Positions 26,215-35,972 of a DNA stretch of 64,000 nucleotides are shown here, piece after piece. The stretch is from an uncultured Chloroflexia bacterium (lineage in GTDB: Bacteria > Chloroflexota > Limnocylindria > Limnocylindrales > CSP1-4). The translations under genes and the position numbers were made by a program. Where the stretch lies: the NCBI GenBank assembly GCA_963713975.1, contig OY970218.1:2800189-2864188 (forward strand), given 5' to 3'. A model generated the notes under the pieces. The model was not told the origin of the DNA. It did no database searches and worked only from the letters and a program-made list of their open reading frames with translations. Positions within the stretch are counted from its first letter, which is position 1, and every line of letters starts with the position of its first letter.

Positions 26215-29200
26215 GTGCCTGCATCGCGACGCGTCCCCACCCCCTTCCCAGTCACCGTTCACCACGCGTCGTCGGAGGGTGGCGTGAGGCAGCGTGGCGG
26301 GCGGTCGGAACCCCCGCCGCTCGTCCAGATCCCGGTGTGGGGATCAGCTGATGAGCCCGCCGACGACGGACCGGCCGCGGAGGGCACGGATCAGCTCCTC
26401 GACGGGCTGAACCCGGAGCAGCGGCGCGCGGTCCGGCACGGGGACGGGCCTCTGCTGGTGGTCGCGGGCGCCGGCACCGGCAAGACGCAGGTCATCACCC
26501 GGCGCATCGCCTGGCTGATTGCGACGAGGCGCGCCCGCCCGTCGGAGATCCTTGCGCTCACGTTCACGGACCAGGCCGCCGACGAGATGCAGGTCCGCGT
26601 GGACCAGCTGGTCCCGTACGGCTACACAGACACCGCCATCTCCACGTTCCACGCCTTCGGGGACCGCCTGGTGCGGGAGTTCTCGCTGGAGCTGGGTCTG
26701 CCGACCGATGTCCGCGTCTTCTCGCGACCGGAGACGGTGGTGTTCCTGCGCGAGCACCTGTTCGAGCTCGGCCTGGACGAGTACCGGCCCCTGGGGGATC
26801 CGACCAAGTTCCTGGACGCCCTGGCGACCCTGTTCTCACGCGCGAAGGACGAGGACGTGGCGCCCGAATCCTTCCTCGCCCATGCCTCCCGCCTCGAGGC
26901 GGATGCCGCGGCCGGGGTTGCCGGGCCGGACGCGGATGCCGACGCGATCGCGGCCCTGGCCGAGGAGGCCCGGCGGCGTACCGAGCTTGCCCGGGCCTAT
27001 GCTGTCTACCAGCGCCTGCTCGCGGAGAGCGGTGCCATCGATTTCGGCGACCAGGTGTCCCTGGCGCTGCGGCTGCTGCGCGACTCGCCATCGGCGCGGG
27101 AGCGCATCCAGGAGCGGTTCCGCTACCTCCTGGTGGACGAGTTCCAGGACACGAACCGGGCGCAGGCGGAGCTCGTCGCCCTGATCGCTCAGCGGCACCG
27201 CAACGTGACCGTGGTGGGGGACGACGACCAGTCGATCTACAAGTTCCGCGGCGCCGCAATCAGCAACATCCTCGAGTTCCGGGAGCGCTACCGCAACGCC
27301 AAGGTGGTCGTGCTGCGGCGGAACTACCGCTCCCGGGCCCCGATCCTCGACGCGGCGTATCGCCTCGTCCGCCACAACGACCCGGACCGCCTCGAGGTCC
27401 GGGCAGGCATCGTCAAGAAGCTCGTCGCCGAGCGCGGCAGCGGTGACGCCCCGGCCGTCCGCCACGAGGTCTTCGTCAGCGGTGCCGAGGAGGCCGACTG
27501 GATCGCCGCCGACATCGCGGCGCGCATGCGTGACGGGGCCTCCCCGCGCGACGTCGCCGTCCTGGTGCGCGCCAATGCGGCTGCGGATCCTGTGCTCCGG
27601 TCGCTCAACCTCGAGGGCATCCCGTGGCGCTTCTCCGGCACGAGTGGCCTCTACGCACGGCCGGAAATCCGGCTGCTGCTGTCGTTCCTGCGCGCGATCG
27701 CGGACCCGAACGCCTCGGTGGACGTGTATGGCCTGGCGGCCTCGGAGCTGTACGGCCTCGGTGGGGAGGACCTGACCGGCATCGTCAACATGGCCCGCCG
27801 TCGCAACCGGAGCGTGTTCGAGATCCTCGAGGAGCTGGGCCGCCAGCCCGGGATCCTGCGGCTCTCGCCGGAGACGCGGGCGAGTGCCGCCCGGCTGGTG
27901 GAGGACCTCCAGACGCACGTCGCGCTTGCCCACGAACGCCCGGCGGGCGAGGTGCTGTACGCATTCCTGCGCGGGTCGGGATGGCTCAAGCGCCTCGCGG
28001 AGACGGAGACGGTGGCCGCGGAGGGGACCCTGTCCAACATCGCTCGCTTCTTCGACATCGTCCGCGCGCAGTCGTCGCTGCTCGCCGACGATCGTGCGGT
28101 GTTCTTCGCCCGCCATCTGCAGACGCTGATCCAGGCGGGCGACGACCCGCCCACGGCCGACATCGACCCCGATGCCGATGCGGTGGCCGTGATGACCGTC
28201 CACAAGGCCAAGGGCCGCGAGTTCCCTGTGGTCTACCTGCCGGGCCTCGTGAGCGGCCGCTTCCCGGCGATCGGGCGGCGTGAGCCACTGCCGTTGCCGC
28301 TGGAGCTCGTCAACGAGACCCTGCCCGAGGGCGACTACCAGCTCCAGGAGGAGCGCCGCCTGTTCTACGTCGGCATGACCCGGGCTCGCGACGAGCTGGT
28401 GCTGTCGCACGCCGCCGATTACGGCGGACAGCGCGCCAGGCGGGTGTCGCCGTTCGTGCTCGAGGCGCTGGACCTGCCGGTCGCGGCCGGTGCGAGCGGG
28501 AGCGGCGCGAAGACCACATCGCCCTTGGAGCGGATCGAGTCGCAGCAGCGCCCGGAGGCGTCGCCGGTCGCCCCGCGAACCCGGGACGGGGAGCCCCTGA
28601 CCCTCTCGTTCTATGCGATCGACGACTACCTGACCTGCCCGCTCAAGTACAAGTACGCCCACCTCCTGCGGGTCCCGCTCGCCCCCCACCACTCGATCAT
28701 CTACGGCTCGGCCCTCCATGCCGCCGTGTCCGAGTTCCACAAGCGGCACGCCCGCGGGATCGTGATGTCCGAGGACGACCTCGTCGCCGCATTCCTCGCC
28801 GCCTGGAGGTCCGAGGGCTTTCTGTCGCGTGACCACGAGGAGGCTCGTCTCGAGGCCGGCCGGACGTCCCTGCACCGGTTCCGGGAGGAGCAGCTGGCAC
28901 CGGGAGCCGTCATCCCGGCCTACGTGGAGCGCGAGTTCAGCTTCCTGCTGGACGGGGATCGCGTGCGCGGTCGCTACGACCGCGTGGACATCATCCCGCG
29001 CGACGGCGATGTCGTGGAGACGACGCGAGTGTTCGACGACGACGCGTCGGCGGACGTCGTGGCGCCCACGCTGTTCTCGTACCCGGAGCGGGTGGTCATC
29101 ACGGACTACAAGTCGTCCGACGTGCGAGATCCGGCCAAGGCACGCCAGCGCGCTAGGGACTCGCTCCAGCTGTCGATCTATGCGATGGGCTACGAGGCAA

Positions 29201-29418
29201 TGACCGGGCGCATGCCGGACGCGGTCGCGCTCAACTTCCTCGAGACCGGGCTGGTTGGAACCGCTCCGGTGGATCGCAAGCGGCTCGACAAGGCGAGGGA
29301 GTCCATCCGCACCGCGGCGGCGGGTATCCGGGCCCGCGTGTTCACGCCCAAGCCCGCCCACATGGCCTGCAGCTACTGCGCGTTCCGGGAGATCTGCCCG
29401 GCTAGCGTGGTCCGCTGA
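26215..29418 (+). CDS. UvrD/PcrA-type SF1 helicase fused to C-terminal Cas4/AddB-like Fe-S PD-(D/E)XK nuclease (AdnB-like, solitary)
   Basis: Walker A GAGTGKTQV, DEFQD Walker B, motifs III-VI. C-terminal nuclease has DYK / D...D residues and a four-Cys cluster (YLTCPLKY ... CSYCAFREIC). Start is ambiguous (GTG 26215 or GTG 26335). Confidence 0.8.
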   Translation: MPASRRVPTPFPVTVHHASSEGGVRQRGGRSEPPPLVQIPVWGSADEPADDGPAAEGTDQLLDGLNPEQRRAVRHGDGPLLVVAGAGTGKTQVITRRIAWLIATRRARPSEILALTFTDQAADEMQVRVDQLVPYGYTDTAISTFHAFGDRLVREFSLELGLPTDVRVFSRPETVVFLREHLFELGLDEYRPLGDPTKFLDALATLFSRAKDEDVAPESFLAHASRLEADAAAGVAGPDADADAIAALAEEARRRTELARAYAVYQRLLAESGAIDFGDQVSLALRLLRDSPSARERIQERFRYLLVDEFQDTNRAQAELVALIAQRHRNVTVVGDDDQSIYKFRGAAISNILEFRERYRNAKVVVLRRNYRSRAPILDAAYRLVRHNDPDRLEVRAGIVKKLVAERGSGDAPAVRHEVFVSGAEEADWIAADIAARMRDGASPRDVAVLVRANAAADPVLRSLNLEGIPWRFSGTSGLYARPEIRLLLSFLRAIADPNASVDVYGLAASELYGLGGEDLTGIVNMARRRNRSVFEILEELGRQPGILRLSPETRASAARLVEDLQTHVALAHERPAGEVLYAFLRGSGWLKRLAETETVAAEGTLSNIARFFDIVRAQSSLLADDRAVFFARHLQTLIQAGDDPPTADIDPDADAVAVMTVHKAKGREFPVVYLPGLVSGRFPAIGRREPLPLPLELVNETLPEGDYQLQEERRLFYVGMTRARDELVLSHAADYGGQRARRVSPFVLEALDLPVAAGASGSGAKTTSPLERIESQQRPEASPVAPRTRDGEPLTLSFYAIDDYLTCPLKYKYAHLLRVPLAPHHSIIYGSALHAAVSEFHKRHARGIVMSEDDLVAAFLAAWRSEGFLSRDHEEARLEAGRTSLHRFREEQLAPGAVIPAYVEREFSFLLDGDRVRGRYDRVDIIPRDGDVVETTRVFDDDASADVVAPTLFSYPERVVITDYKSSDVRDPAKARQRARDSLQLSIYAMGYEAMTGRMPDAVALNFLETGLVGTAPVDRKRLDKARESIRTAAAGIRARVFTPKPAHMACSYCAFREICPASVVR

Positions 29419-29421
29419 GCC

Positions 29422-30327
29422 GTGCCGCAGCTGGGAGCTGCCGCGCGCGCAGCGCTTGACGCCGTCCTTTCGGGGGCCTCGTCAGGGGCGGTCCTCGAGG
29501 CCGACAACCTCGACGTCCTGGCAGGGATGCCGGACAGCGCCGTCGACCTCGTGTATGCAGACCCTCCCTTCGCCACGGGTGCCCGGCAGCGCCTGGTCTC
29601 GATCCGGACCGGAGTCGGCGACCGGACACGCCCGGGGTTCCGGGGTGACACGGTGGCCTGGGAAGCCGTCAGCGATCTCGCCTGGGATGACGATCTGCCG
29701 CTCGACCAGCACCTGGTCCAGCTCGCGGCTCGGGTCAGGGAGGTCCACCGCGTGCTGGCGGCGCACGGATCGTTCTACCTGCACGTGGACTGGCGGACCG
29801 CCCACCACGCACGCCTGCTCCTCGACGAGGTCTTCGGCCCTGAACGGTTCCTCAACGAGATCGTCTGGGCATATGACTACGGCGGCCGATCCCGGGACCG
29901 CTGGCCGCGCAAGCACGACACGATCCTGTGGTACGCGAAGGGCGACCGCTGGCTGTTCGACCGGGAGGCGATCGACCGTATCCCGTACCTGGCGCCGGGC
30001 CTCGTCGGGCCCGAGAAGGCGGCGCGCGGCAAGCTCCCGACGGACGTGTGGTGGATGACGATCGTGCCCCCCGCCTCCGCAGAGCGGACCGGCTACCCGA
30101 CCCAGAAGCCGGTTCGCCTGCTGGAGCGGATCGTCGCGGCCTCGAGCCGGCCGGGCGACCTGGTGCTGGATCCGTACGCCGGCTCGGGGACGACGGGCGT
30201 CGCTGCCCACCGCCTGGGGCGCCGCTGGCTGCTGGTCGATCGCAACCCGCAGGCCGTCGAGATCGCGCGGATGCGGCTGGCGAGGACCGACGCCGGGCCG
30301 GACGACGGGAAGGGGAGCGAGAAGTGA
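29422..30327 (+). CDS. Beta-class DNA N4/N6-methyltransferase (DPPF motif IV precedes FxGSGTT motif I)
   Basis: DLVYADPPFATG (motif IV) and LVLDPYAGSGTTGVAA (motif I) in beta-class order. GTG start 4 nt after the helicase-nuclease stop. Confidence 0.8.
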   Translation: MPQLGAAARAALDAVLSGASSGAVLEADNLDVLAGMPDSAVDLVYADPPFATGARQRLVSIRTGVGDRTRPGFRGDTVAWEAVSDLAWDDDLPLDQHLVQLAARVREVHRVLAAHGSFYLHVDWRTAHHARLLLDEVFGPERFLNEIVWAYDYGGRSRDRWPRKHDTILWYAKGDRWLFDREAIDRIPYLAPGLVGPEKAARGKLPTDVWWMTIVPPASAERTGYPTQKPVRLLERIVAASSRPGDLVLDPYAGSGTTGVAAHRLGRRWLLVDRNPQAVEIARMRLARTDAGPDDGKGSEK

Positions 30328-31133
30328 TCCGGGCCGTCACCCTGGACTTCGGGAACACGCTCGTGCCGGTCTCGGCAGCCGGACTGCGTGGCGTGGTCGA
30401 GCAGACCGCCGAGGGGATCGCATCCCGCCTGGGTCCCTTCGCCGTCGACGACGTCCGGCTCGCCTGGGCCGAGGAGCGGGACCGCCAGTTCCGCGAGGAG
30501 ATCCCGCAATTCCGGGAGGTGGACCTGGCCCAGCGCATCGTCCGGATTCTCGCCCGGCTGCGGGGCATGGCGCCGCCGCCCCGGGACCGGCACTGGGACG
30601 ACGATGCGGCGGCCGGCCTCACCTCTGCCGCCGAGGTTGCATGGGCGGTGGATGTCTACTCGCGGGCGTTCGTGACGTCGCTGGTCCCGGACCCGGCGGT
30701 CGGACCCCTGCTCCGGCGGCTCGCCGCCAGCTACCAGGTCGCCATCCTGTCCAACTGGCCGCTTGCCCTCACGATCGATCGCTACGTCGAGGCCGCGGGC
30801 TGGGCGCCGCATCTCTCCGCGGTGATCGTGTCCCAGCGGGTCGGTGCCATCAAGCCACACCCTGCGATCTTCGCGGCGGCCCGCGATGCCCTGGGCGGCC
30901 CCAGACCGGGCGAGATCATCCATGTTGGTGATGACTGGGCCGCGGATGTCGTGGGTGCCAAGCGGGCCGGCTGGCTCGCGGCCTGGGTCCGGAGCAGGCC
31001 GGAGGATTCCCCACTGCCGGCTTCCGATCGGGACAATGCCGTGGAGCCGGACCTCGAGATTCACGCGCTGGACGGCCTCGAGGGCGCGTTGCTCGCCCTG
31101 ACACGGGCGCCCGGAACGGTCCCGCCTCGGTAG
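30324..31133 (+). CDS. HAD-superfamily hydrolase (haloacid dehalogenase-like)
   Basis: Motif I LDFGNTL, motif III/IV region ...GDDWAADVVGAKRAG. GTG start overlaps the MTase stop (GTGA) with a GGGGAG RBS. Confidence 0.65.
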   Translation: MIRAVTLDFGNTLVPVSAAGLRGVVEQTAEGIASRLGPFAVDDVRLAWAEERDRQFREEIPQFREVDLAQRIVRILARLRGMAPPPRDRHWDDDAAAGLTSAAEVAWAVDVYSRAFVTSLVPDPAVGPLLRRLAASYQVAILSNWPLALTIDRYVEAAGWAPHLSAVIVSQRVGAIKPHPAIFAAARDALGGPRPGEIIHVGDDWAADVVGAKRAGWLAAWVRSRPEDSPLPASDRDNAVEPDLEIHALDGLEGALLALTRAPGTVPPR

Positions 31134-31143
31134 ACTCGCCTCC

Positions 31144-31518
31144 ATGGAGGCACGCGACCGCATTGCCAACGTCGCCCTGCTCGTCGCGGCGGGCGTGGCG
31201 TGGATCCTCGTCGCGATCCTCGTCACGACGCGTGACCCGTATCAGGACGCGATGGCGGGCTATTCGGGTGCCCTCCTGCTGGGGCTGGCCATGTGGCTGA
31301 CGGCCGTACCGCTGGCCTGGCTCGTGGTGTTCGCGAGGCACCGTCGCATCGCGTACAACGGCGACTGGGCGAGGGCGGCGCGACGCGGCGCCTGGATCGG
31401 ACTGTTCGTGACCGTCCTCGTCATCCTGCGGCTCGTCGATGCGTTCCAGCTCCCAATCGTCCTGTTCCTCGCCGCCATCTTCGTTGTCGCCGAGATCACC
31501 CTCTCGGCTGAGCGCTAG
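31144..31518 (+). CDS. Hypothetical 4-TM membrane protein
   Basis: 124-aa hydrophobic ORF. No family recognised. Confidence 0.3.
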   Translation: MEARDRIANVALLVAAGVAWILVAILVTTRDPYQDAMAGYSGALLLGLAMWLTAVPLAWLVVFARHRRIAYNGDWARAARRGAWIGLFVTVLVILRLVDAFQLPIVLFLAAIFVVAEITLSAER

Positions 31519-31526
31519 GAGCTCCC

Positions 31527-32738
31527 ATGACCCAATCGCCGATCGCCGCACGTCCTGCCGAGCCGTTCGCGGACGCCAAGGCCCGGGCCGCGGCCGCGGT
31601 GGAGGCCGCTCGGGACGAGATCCTCGCCCTGAGCCACCGGATCCACGCCAACCCGGAACCCGCATTCGAGGAGCACCAGGCCTCGGCATGGGTGGCCGAG
31701 GCCGTGGCCGCGCACGGGTTCGCGGTCGAGCGCCCGGCGGGGAGCCTGGCGACCGCGGTGCGGGGCCGGATCACGGGTGGCAAGGGCCCGGACGGGGCCC
31801 GTATCGGCATCCTGGCGGAGTACGACGCGCTCCCTGGCCTGGGTCACGGCTGCGGGCACAACACGATGGCCTCGTCCGGCGTGGGCGCCGCGATCGCCCT
31901 GGCCGCCCTGCGTGACGAGTGGGCGGGCGAGGTCGTGTTCCTGGGCACGCCCGCGGAGGAGCGGGGGAGCGGCAAGGAGATCATGCTCCGCGACGGCCTG
32001 TTCGAGGGCCTGGACGCCGCGCTGCTGTTCCACCCGAGCCACAGCAACCACGTCGAGATCGCCCCCCTCGCCTCCGAGGACGTCACGGTGATCTTCAAGG
32101 GGCTCCAGTCGCACGCTGCCTCGGAGCCGTGGGCGGGGAAGAACGCCCTCGACGCGATGATCGCGCTGTTCGTCTCGGTGGGCCTCTGGCGCCAGCAACT
32201 GCCTCCGCACTGCCGGGTGCACGGGATCATTGCCGAGGGTGGCACCGCCGCGAACATCATCCCGGATCGCACCCGTGCGTGGTTCATGATCCGGAGCGCC
32301 GACCAGACCTTCTACGACGACGTCATGAAGCCGCGCTTCATCGAGCTGTGCAAGGCCGCCGCCCTGGCTTCGGGCGTGGAGGTCGAGGTCGAGTTCTCCG
32401 GGTACGCGAGCACCATGAAGCACAACCGGACTCTGGCTGCCCGCTGGCTCGCCAATGCGGAGCCGTACGGGATCGTGGACGAGGGCAAGGACCTGGACGC
32501 GGGGTCCACGGACATGGCCAACGTCTCGTGGGCCCTGCCCGCGATCCACCCTGAGCTGTCGATCACGGAGGTCCACACCGCCGGTCACACCCCGGAGTTC
32601 CGCGACGCCGCCGCCCGGCCGCTGGCAGACCGGACCGTCCTGCTCGCGGCCACCCTTGTCGCACAGACCGCGCTCGATCTGCTCCTCGATCCGACGCTGG
32701 TCGATGAGGCCTGGCGGGAGTTCCGCGGAGAGGGATAG
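31527..32738 (+). CDS. M20D-family amidohydrolase (N-acyl-amino-acid/hippurate hydrolase-like)
   Basis: Metal-binding GHGCGHN, EE catalytic pair region, dimerisation domain layout typical of M20D. Confidence 0.75.
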   Translation: MTQSPIAARPAEPFADAKARAAAAVEAARDEILALSHRIHANPEPAFEEHQASAWVAEAVAAHGFAVERPAGSLATAVRGRITGGKGPDGARIGILAEYDALPGLGHGCGHNTMASSGVGAAIALAALRDEWAGEVVFLGTPAEERGSGKEIMLRDGLFEGLDAALLFHPSHSNHVEIAPLASEDVTVIFKGLQSHAASEPWAGKNALDAMIALFVSVGLWRQQLPPHCRVHGIIAEGGTAANIIPDRTRAWFMIRSADQTFYDDVMKPRFIELCKAAALASGVEVEVEFSGYASTMKHNRTLAARWLANAEPYGIVDEGKDLDAGSTDMANVSWALPAIHPELSITEVHTAGHTPEFRDAAARPLADRTVLLAATLVAQTALDLLLDPTLVDEAWREFRGEG

Positions 32739-32887
32739 CGGGGCGGTTCGTCCCGGCCGGACGCGCTACCATGCCGCCCTGCGCGCCCCGCCGGGCGGCG
32801 GACCCAAACCGGCGGCGCCCACGCTCACGGCGGAGCAACGACCAGGACCCGGCAGCGGGACCGGCGAGCCGCCACGGAGGTTCACCA

Positions 32888-33949
32888 GTGGCCGAGCGTC
32901 CCAACGACCCGGGCGGCCCCGACTTCGCGGCGCGCAACGGCTGGGATCAACCGTACGAGGCGTTCAGCGAGTTCGACCTGCCCACCTACGTCGGCCTGCC
33001 GACGTTCATGAAGCTTCCCTGGGTTCCCGACCCGGCCGACATCCGGGCCCGCAAGGCCGACGTGGCGATCATCGGCGCTCCCTTCGACGACGCCGTCAGC
33101 CATCGCCCCGGTGCCCGGTTCGGGCCACGCGCGATCCGCGAGGCGCAGTACACGACGGGTTCCATCCACTCGCTCCAATTGGGCGTCGAGCCGTTCGAGG
33201 TCCTCACGGTGGTGGACGCCGGCGACGCCAACATCATCCCGGCCTGGATCGAGCGCGCCCATACCTTCATCTACCGCAAGGTCCACGAGGTGGCGGCGAC
33301 CGGCGCGATCCCGATCGTCCTCGGGGGTGACCACTCCATAACGTGGCCCTCGGCAACGGCCGTCGCGGAGGTCCGCAGGCCGGGCAGCATCGGCATCGTC
33401 CACTTCGACGCCCACGCGGACACCGCAGACGAGGACTGGGGCGTGCTGGCCGGGCACGGGACACCGATGCGCCGCCTGATCGAGTCGGGCGCGGTCAAGG
33501 GGCGCAACTTCGTGCAGGTCGGGCTGCGCGGCTACTGGCCCCCGGTCGAGACGTTTGAGTGGATGCGCGAGCACGAGCTCCGGTGGCACCTGATGCGCGA
33601 GGTCGAGGAACGTGGCGCAGAGGCCGTCATCGACGACGCGATCGCCGAGGCGCTCGACGGGCCCGATGCGATCTATATCTCCGTAGACATCGACGTCATC
33701 GATCCCGGGATGGCACCGGGTACCGGCACGCCCGAGCCCGGTGGCTTCCTGCCGCGTGAGCTGCTGCGGGCCGTCCGTCGGGTCGCGGGAGCCGTCGAGA
33801 TCGCGGGCATGGACATCGTGGAGGTGTCACCGCCGTACGACCATGCGGAGGTGACGGCGATGGCCGCCAACCGCGTGGCTCTGGAGGCCATCTCCGCGCT
33901 GGCGGCGAAGCGCCTGGCGGGACATCCGGTCCGCTTCGAGCGGCCGTGA
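32888..33949 (+). CDS. speB: Agmatinase/ureohydrolase (arginase family)
   Basis: Mn-binding motifs GGDHS, DAHADT, SVDIDVIDP. GTG start with a GGAGG RBS 7 nt upstream. The six-frame ORF is longer but its N-terminal 39 aa are low-complexity. Confidence 0.75.
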   Translation: MAERPNDPGGPDFAARNGWDQPYEAFSEFDLPTYVGLPTFMKLPWVPDPADIRARKADVAIIGAPFDDAVSHRPGARFGPRAIREAQYTTGSIHSLQLGVEPFEVLTVVDAGDANIIPAWIERAHTFIYRKVHEVAATGAIPIVLGGDHSITWPSATAVAEVRRPGSIGIVHFDAHADTADEDWGVLAGHGTPMRRLIESGAVKGRNFVQVGLRGYWPPVETFEWMREHELRWHLMREVEERGAEAVIDDAIAEALDGPDAIYISVDIDVIDPGMAPGTGTPEPGGFLPRELLRAVRRVAGAVEIAGMDIVEVSPPYDHAEVTAMAANRVALEAISALAAKRLAGHPVRFERP

Positions 33950-34734
33950 GCGGCGCCGGCGAGACGGTCTCGGCGGCACTTGCCCGCCTCTACGACCTGG
34001 ACCTGTCCGAGGACCCGGGGGACCTGGACCTCCTCCTGGCGCTGGCCGCCCGGTCCGGCGGGCCGGTGCTGGAGCTGGCCGTGGGGTCCGGTCGGCTGGC
34101 GGTGCCACTGGCGGCGGCCGGCCACGAGGTCACCGGCGTGGACCTGGACCAGTCGATGCTGGCCAGGGCCGCCGGGCGGGCCGATGCCGCCGGGCCCGAA
34201 GTCGCACGACGGCTGCGGCTGGTCCACGGCGACGCGCGCACCATCCGCCTGAACGACGCGGGTGCGTACGGGCTCGCCTGCATCCCGCTCAACTCGATCT
34301 TCCTGATGGGGACCCGCGCGGACCAGGCCGCGGCCGTGGCCACCCTGGCGGCGCACCTCGCGCCCGGCGGCATCGCGCTCGTCGATGCCTGGCTGCCCGA
34401 CGCGGAGGACCTGGCCCGGTACGACGGCCGCCTGGTGCTGGAGTGGGTGCGCGGTGACCCGGACAGCGGCAGGACGGTGACCAAGTCCTGCAGCGCGCTG
34501 TACGACGCGACGACCGCGTCGGTCGCTCTCACGACGCTGTTCGAGGAAGGCGACCCCGGCCAGCCACCGGTCCGGTGGGTGCGGGTGGACCGCCTCCGGC
34601 TCGTGGGCCCGGACGAGCTCGCGGCCTTCGCCGAGGCGGCCGGCCTGTCGGTCGAGACCCTGGCGGGCGACTACGAGCTGGGTGGCCTGGAGGCCGGTGC
34701 GGACCGGGTCGTGATGGTCGCGCGAAAGGCCTGA
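33946..34734 (+). CDS. Class I SAM-dependent methyltransferase
   Basis: Motif I VLELAVGSGRLAVPLA and post-I acidic residue. Overlaps the agmatinase stop. Confidence 0.65.
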   Translation: MSGAGETVSAALARLYDLDLSEDPGDLDLLLALAARSGGPVLELAVGSGRLAVPLAAAGHEVTGVDLDQSMLARAAGRADAAGPEVARRLRLVHGDARTIRLNDAGAYGLACIPLNSIFLMGTRADQAAAVATLAAHLAPGGIALVDAWLPDAEDLARYDGRLVLEWVRGDPDSGRTVTKSCSALYDATTASVALTTLFEEGDPGQPPVRWVRVDRLRLVGPDELAAFAEAAGLSVETLAGDYELGGLEAGADRVVMVARKA

Positions 34735-34826
34735 CCCCGGGACCCGCCAGGACCCCCTCGTCTGCGCGGCATTGGGACCATCGGCACGTGGGTTCACCGG
34801 GGGTGCTGCGTGGTAGAGTCGGCCCG

Positions 34827-35963
34827 ATGGCTGACCAGATCCGCCTCCTCGTCGTCGAGGACGTCCCCCAGGTTGCCCAGTACATCCGCGGGCTGCTCAA
34901 CTCGCAGTCCACGATCAAGCTGCTGGACGTCGTCAGCGACGGCAACCAGGTGCTGGGCCTGATTTCGGAGCTGCGGCCCGACGTCGTGCTCGTGGACGCG
35001 CTCCTCCAGGGCCGCGTGAAGGGCATGTCCGTCGTGGACAAGATCCACCAGTCCGGCCAGCCCGTCCCCGTGATCGTGCTCACCGTTCCCCAGAAGCCCA
35101 TCGTTGCTGACCCCGCGAGCGGCGTGCACGGCGTGCTGGCAATGCCGTTCACGGGCTATGAGCTGGTCACGCGCCTCCAGCAGGTCAACCAGGCGTCACA
35201 GGCGACGGAGGGCGGTCACCTGGCGCGGATGATCACGATCTTCGCCCCCAAGGGCGGGGTGGGCAAGACGACCCTGGCCTTCAACCTCGCCGTCGCCATC
35301 GGCCAGGCGGGCGCGCGGACGGTGCTCATCGACGGCAGCCTGCAGTTCGGCGACATGCGGGCCCTGCTCAAGGTGCCGCTCGAGGCCCCCTCGCTGCTGG
35401 ACCTGCCCACGGACCGCATCGCGGAGTCGGATCTCGCCGATGTCCTGTGGCGGGACCCGTCCGGGATCGACATCCTGCTGGCACCGCCGCGGGTCGAGAT
35501 GGCCGAGATGGTCACCGTCCGGGACGTCGAGAAGACCCTGTCCCTGCTGCGTCGCGTCTACGAGGTCGTCATCGTCGACACGCCGGCGGTGGTCAGTGAC
35601 ACCAACCTCGCGTTCCTCGACGCCTCGGACACGATCCTCGAGATCGTCACCTACGACTCCACGGCCATCCACAGCACGATGGTGATGGCCGACGCGTTCC
35701 GCATGATCGGCTACGCCCCGACCAAGGTCCACTACCTGGTCAACCGCGCGGACTCCACCGGAGGGCTGGACCCCGAGGTCCTGTCCCGCGCCCTCGGGCG
35801 TGTCCCGGAGCACCGGGTGAGCTCCGGCGGCGCCCTGGTGGTCCGGGCCAACAACGAGGGCATCCCGTTCGTGCTGGCGGACCCCAGCGCGGAGATCAGC
35901 CAGGACATCGTCCGGACGGCAGCGGAGCTCGTGCGCCGGCCCGCCCCGGTGGCGGCGCGGTAG
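34827..35963 (+). CDS. Response-regulator receiver domain fused to ParA/MinD-type P-loop ATPase (CpaE/TadZ-like architecture), orphan
   Basis: N-terminal REC fold (IRLLVVEDV...VVLVDALL). C-terminal deviant Walker A (ITIFAPKGGVGKTTLAFNLA) and MinD/ParA motifs. Confidence 0.65.
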   Translation: MADQIRLLVVEDVPQVAQYIRGLLNSQSTIKLLDVVSDGNQVLGLISELRPDVVLVDALLQGRVKGMSVVDKIHQSGQPVPVIVLTVPQKPIVADPASGVHGVLAMPFTGYELVTRLQQVNQASQATEGGHLARMITIFAPKGGVGKTTLAFNLAVAIGQAGARTVLIDGSLQFGDMRALLKVPLEAPSLLDLPTDRIAESDLADVLWRDPSGIDILLAPPRVEMAEMVTVRDVEKTLSLLRRVYEVVIVDTPAVVSDTNLAFLDASDTILEIVTYDSTAIHSTMVMADAFRMIGYAPTKVHYLVNRADSTGGLDPEVLSRALGRVPEHRVSSGGALVVRANNEGIPFVLADPSAEISQDIVRTAAELVRRPAPVAAR

Positions 35964-35972
35964 CAGCCGGGC

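Noticed and set aside
26836-29361. 841-aa minus-strand ORF
   Set aside because: Antisense to the helicase-nuclease gene. No recognisable domain.
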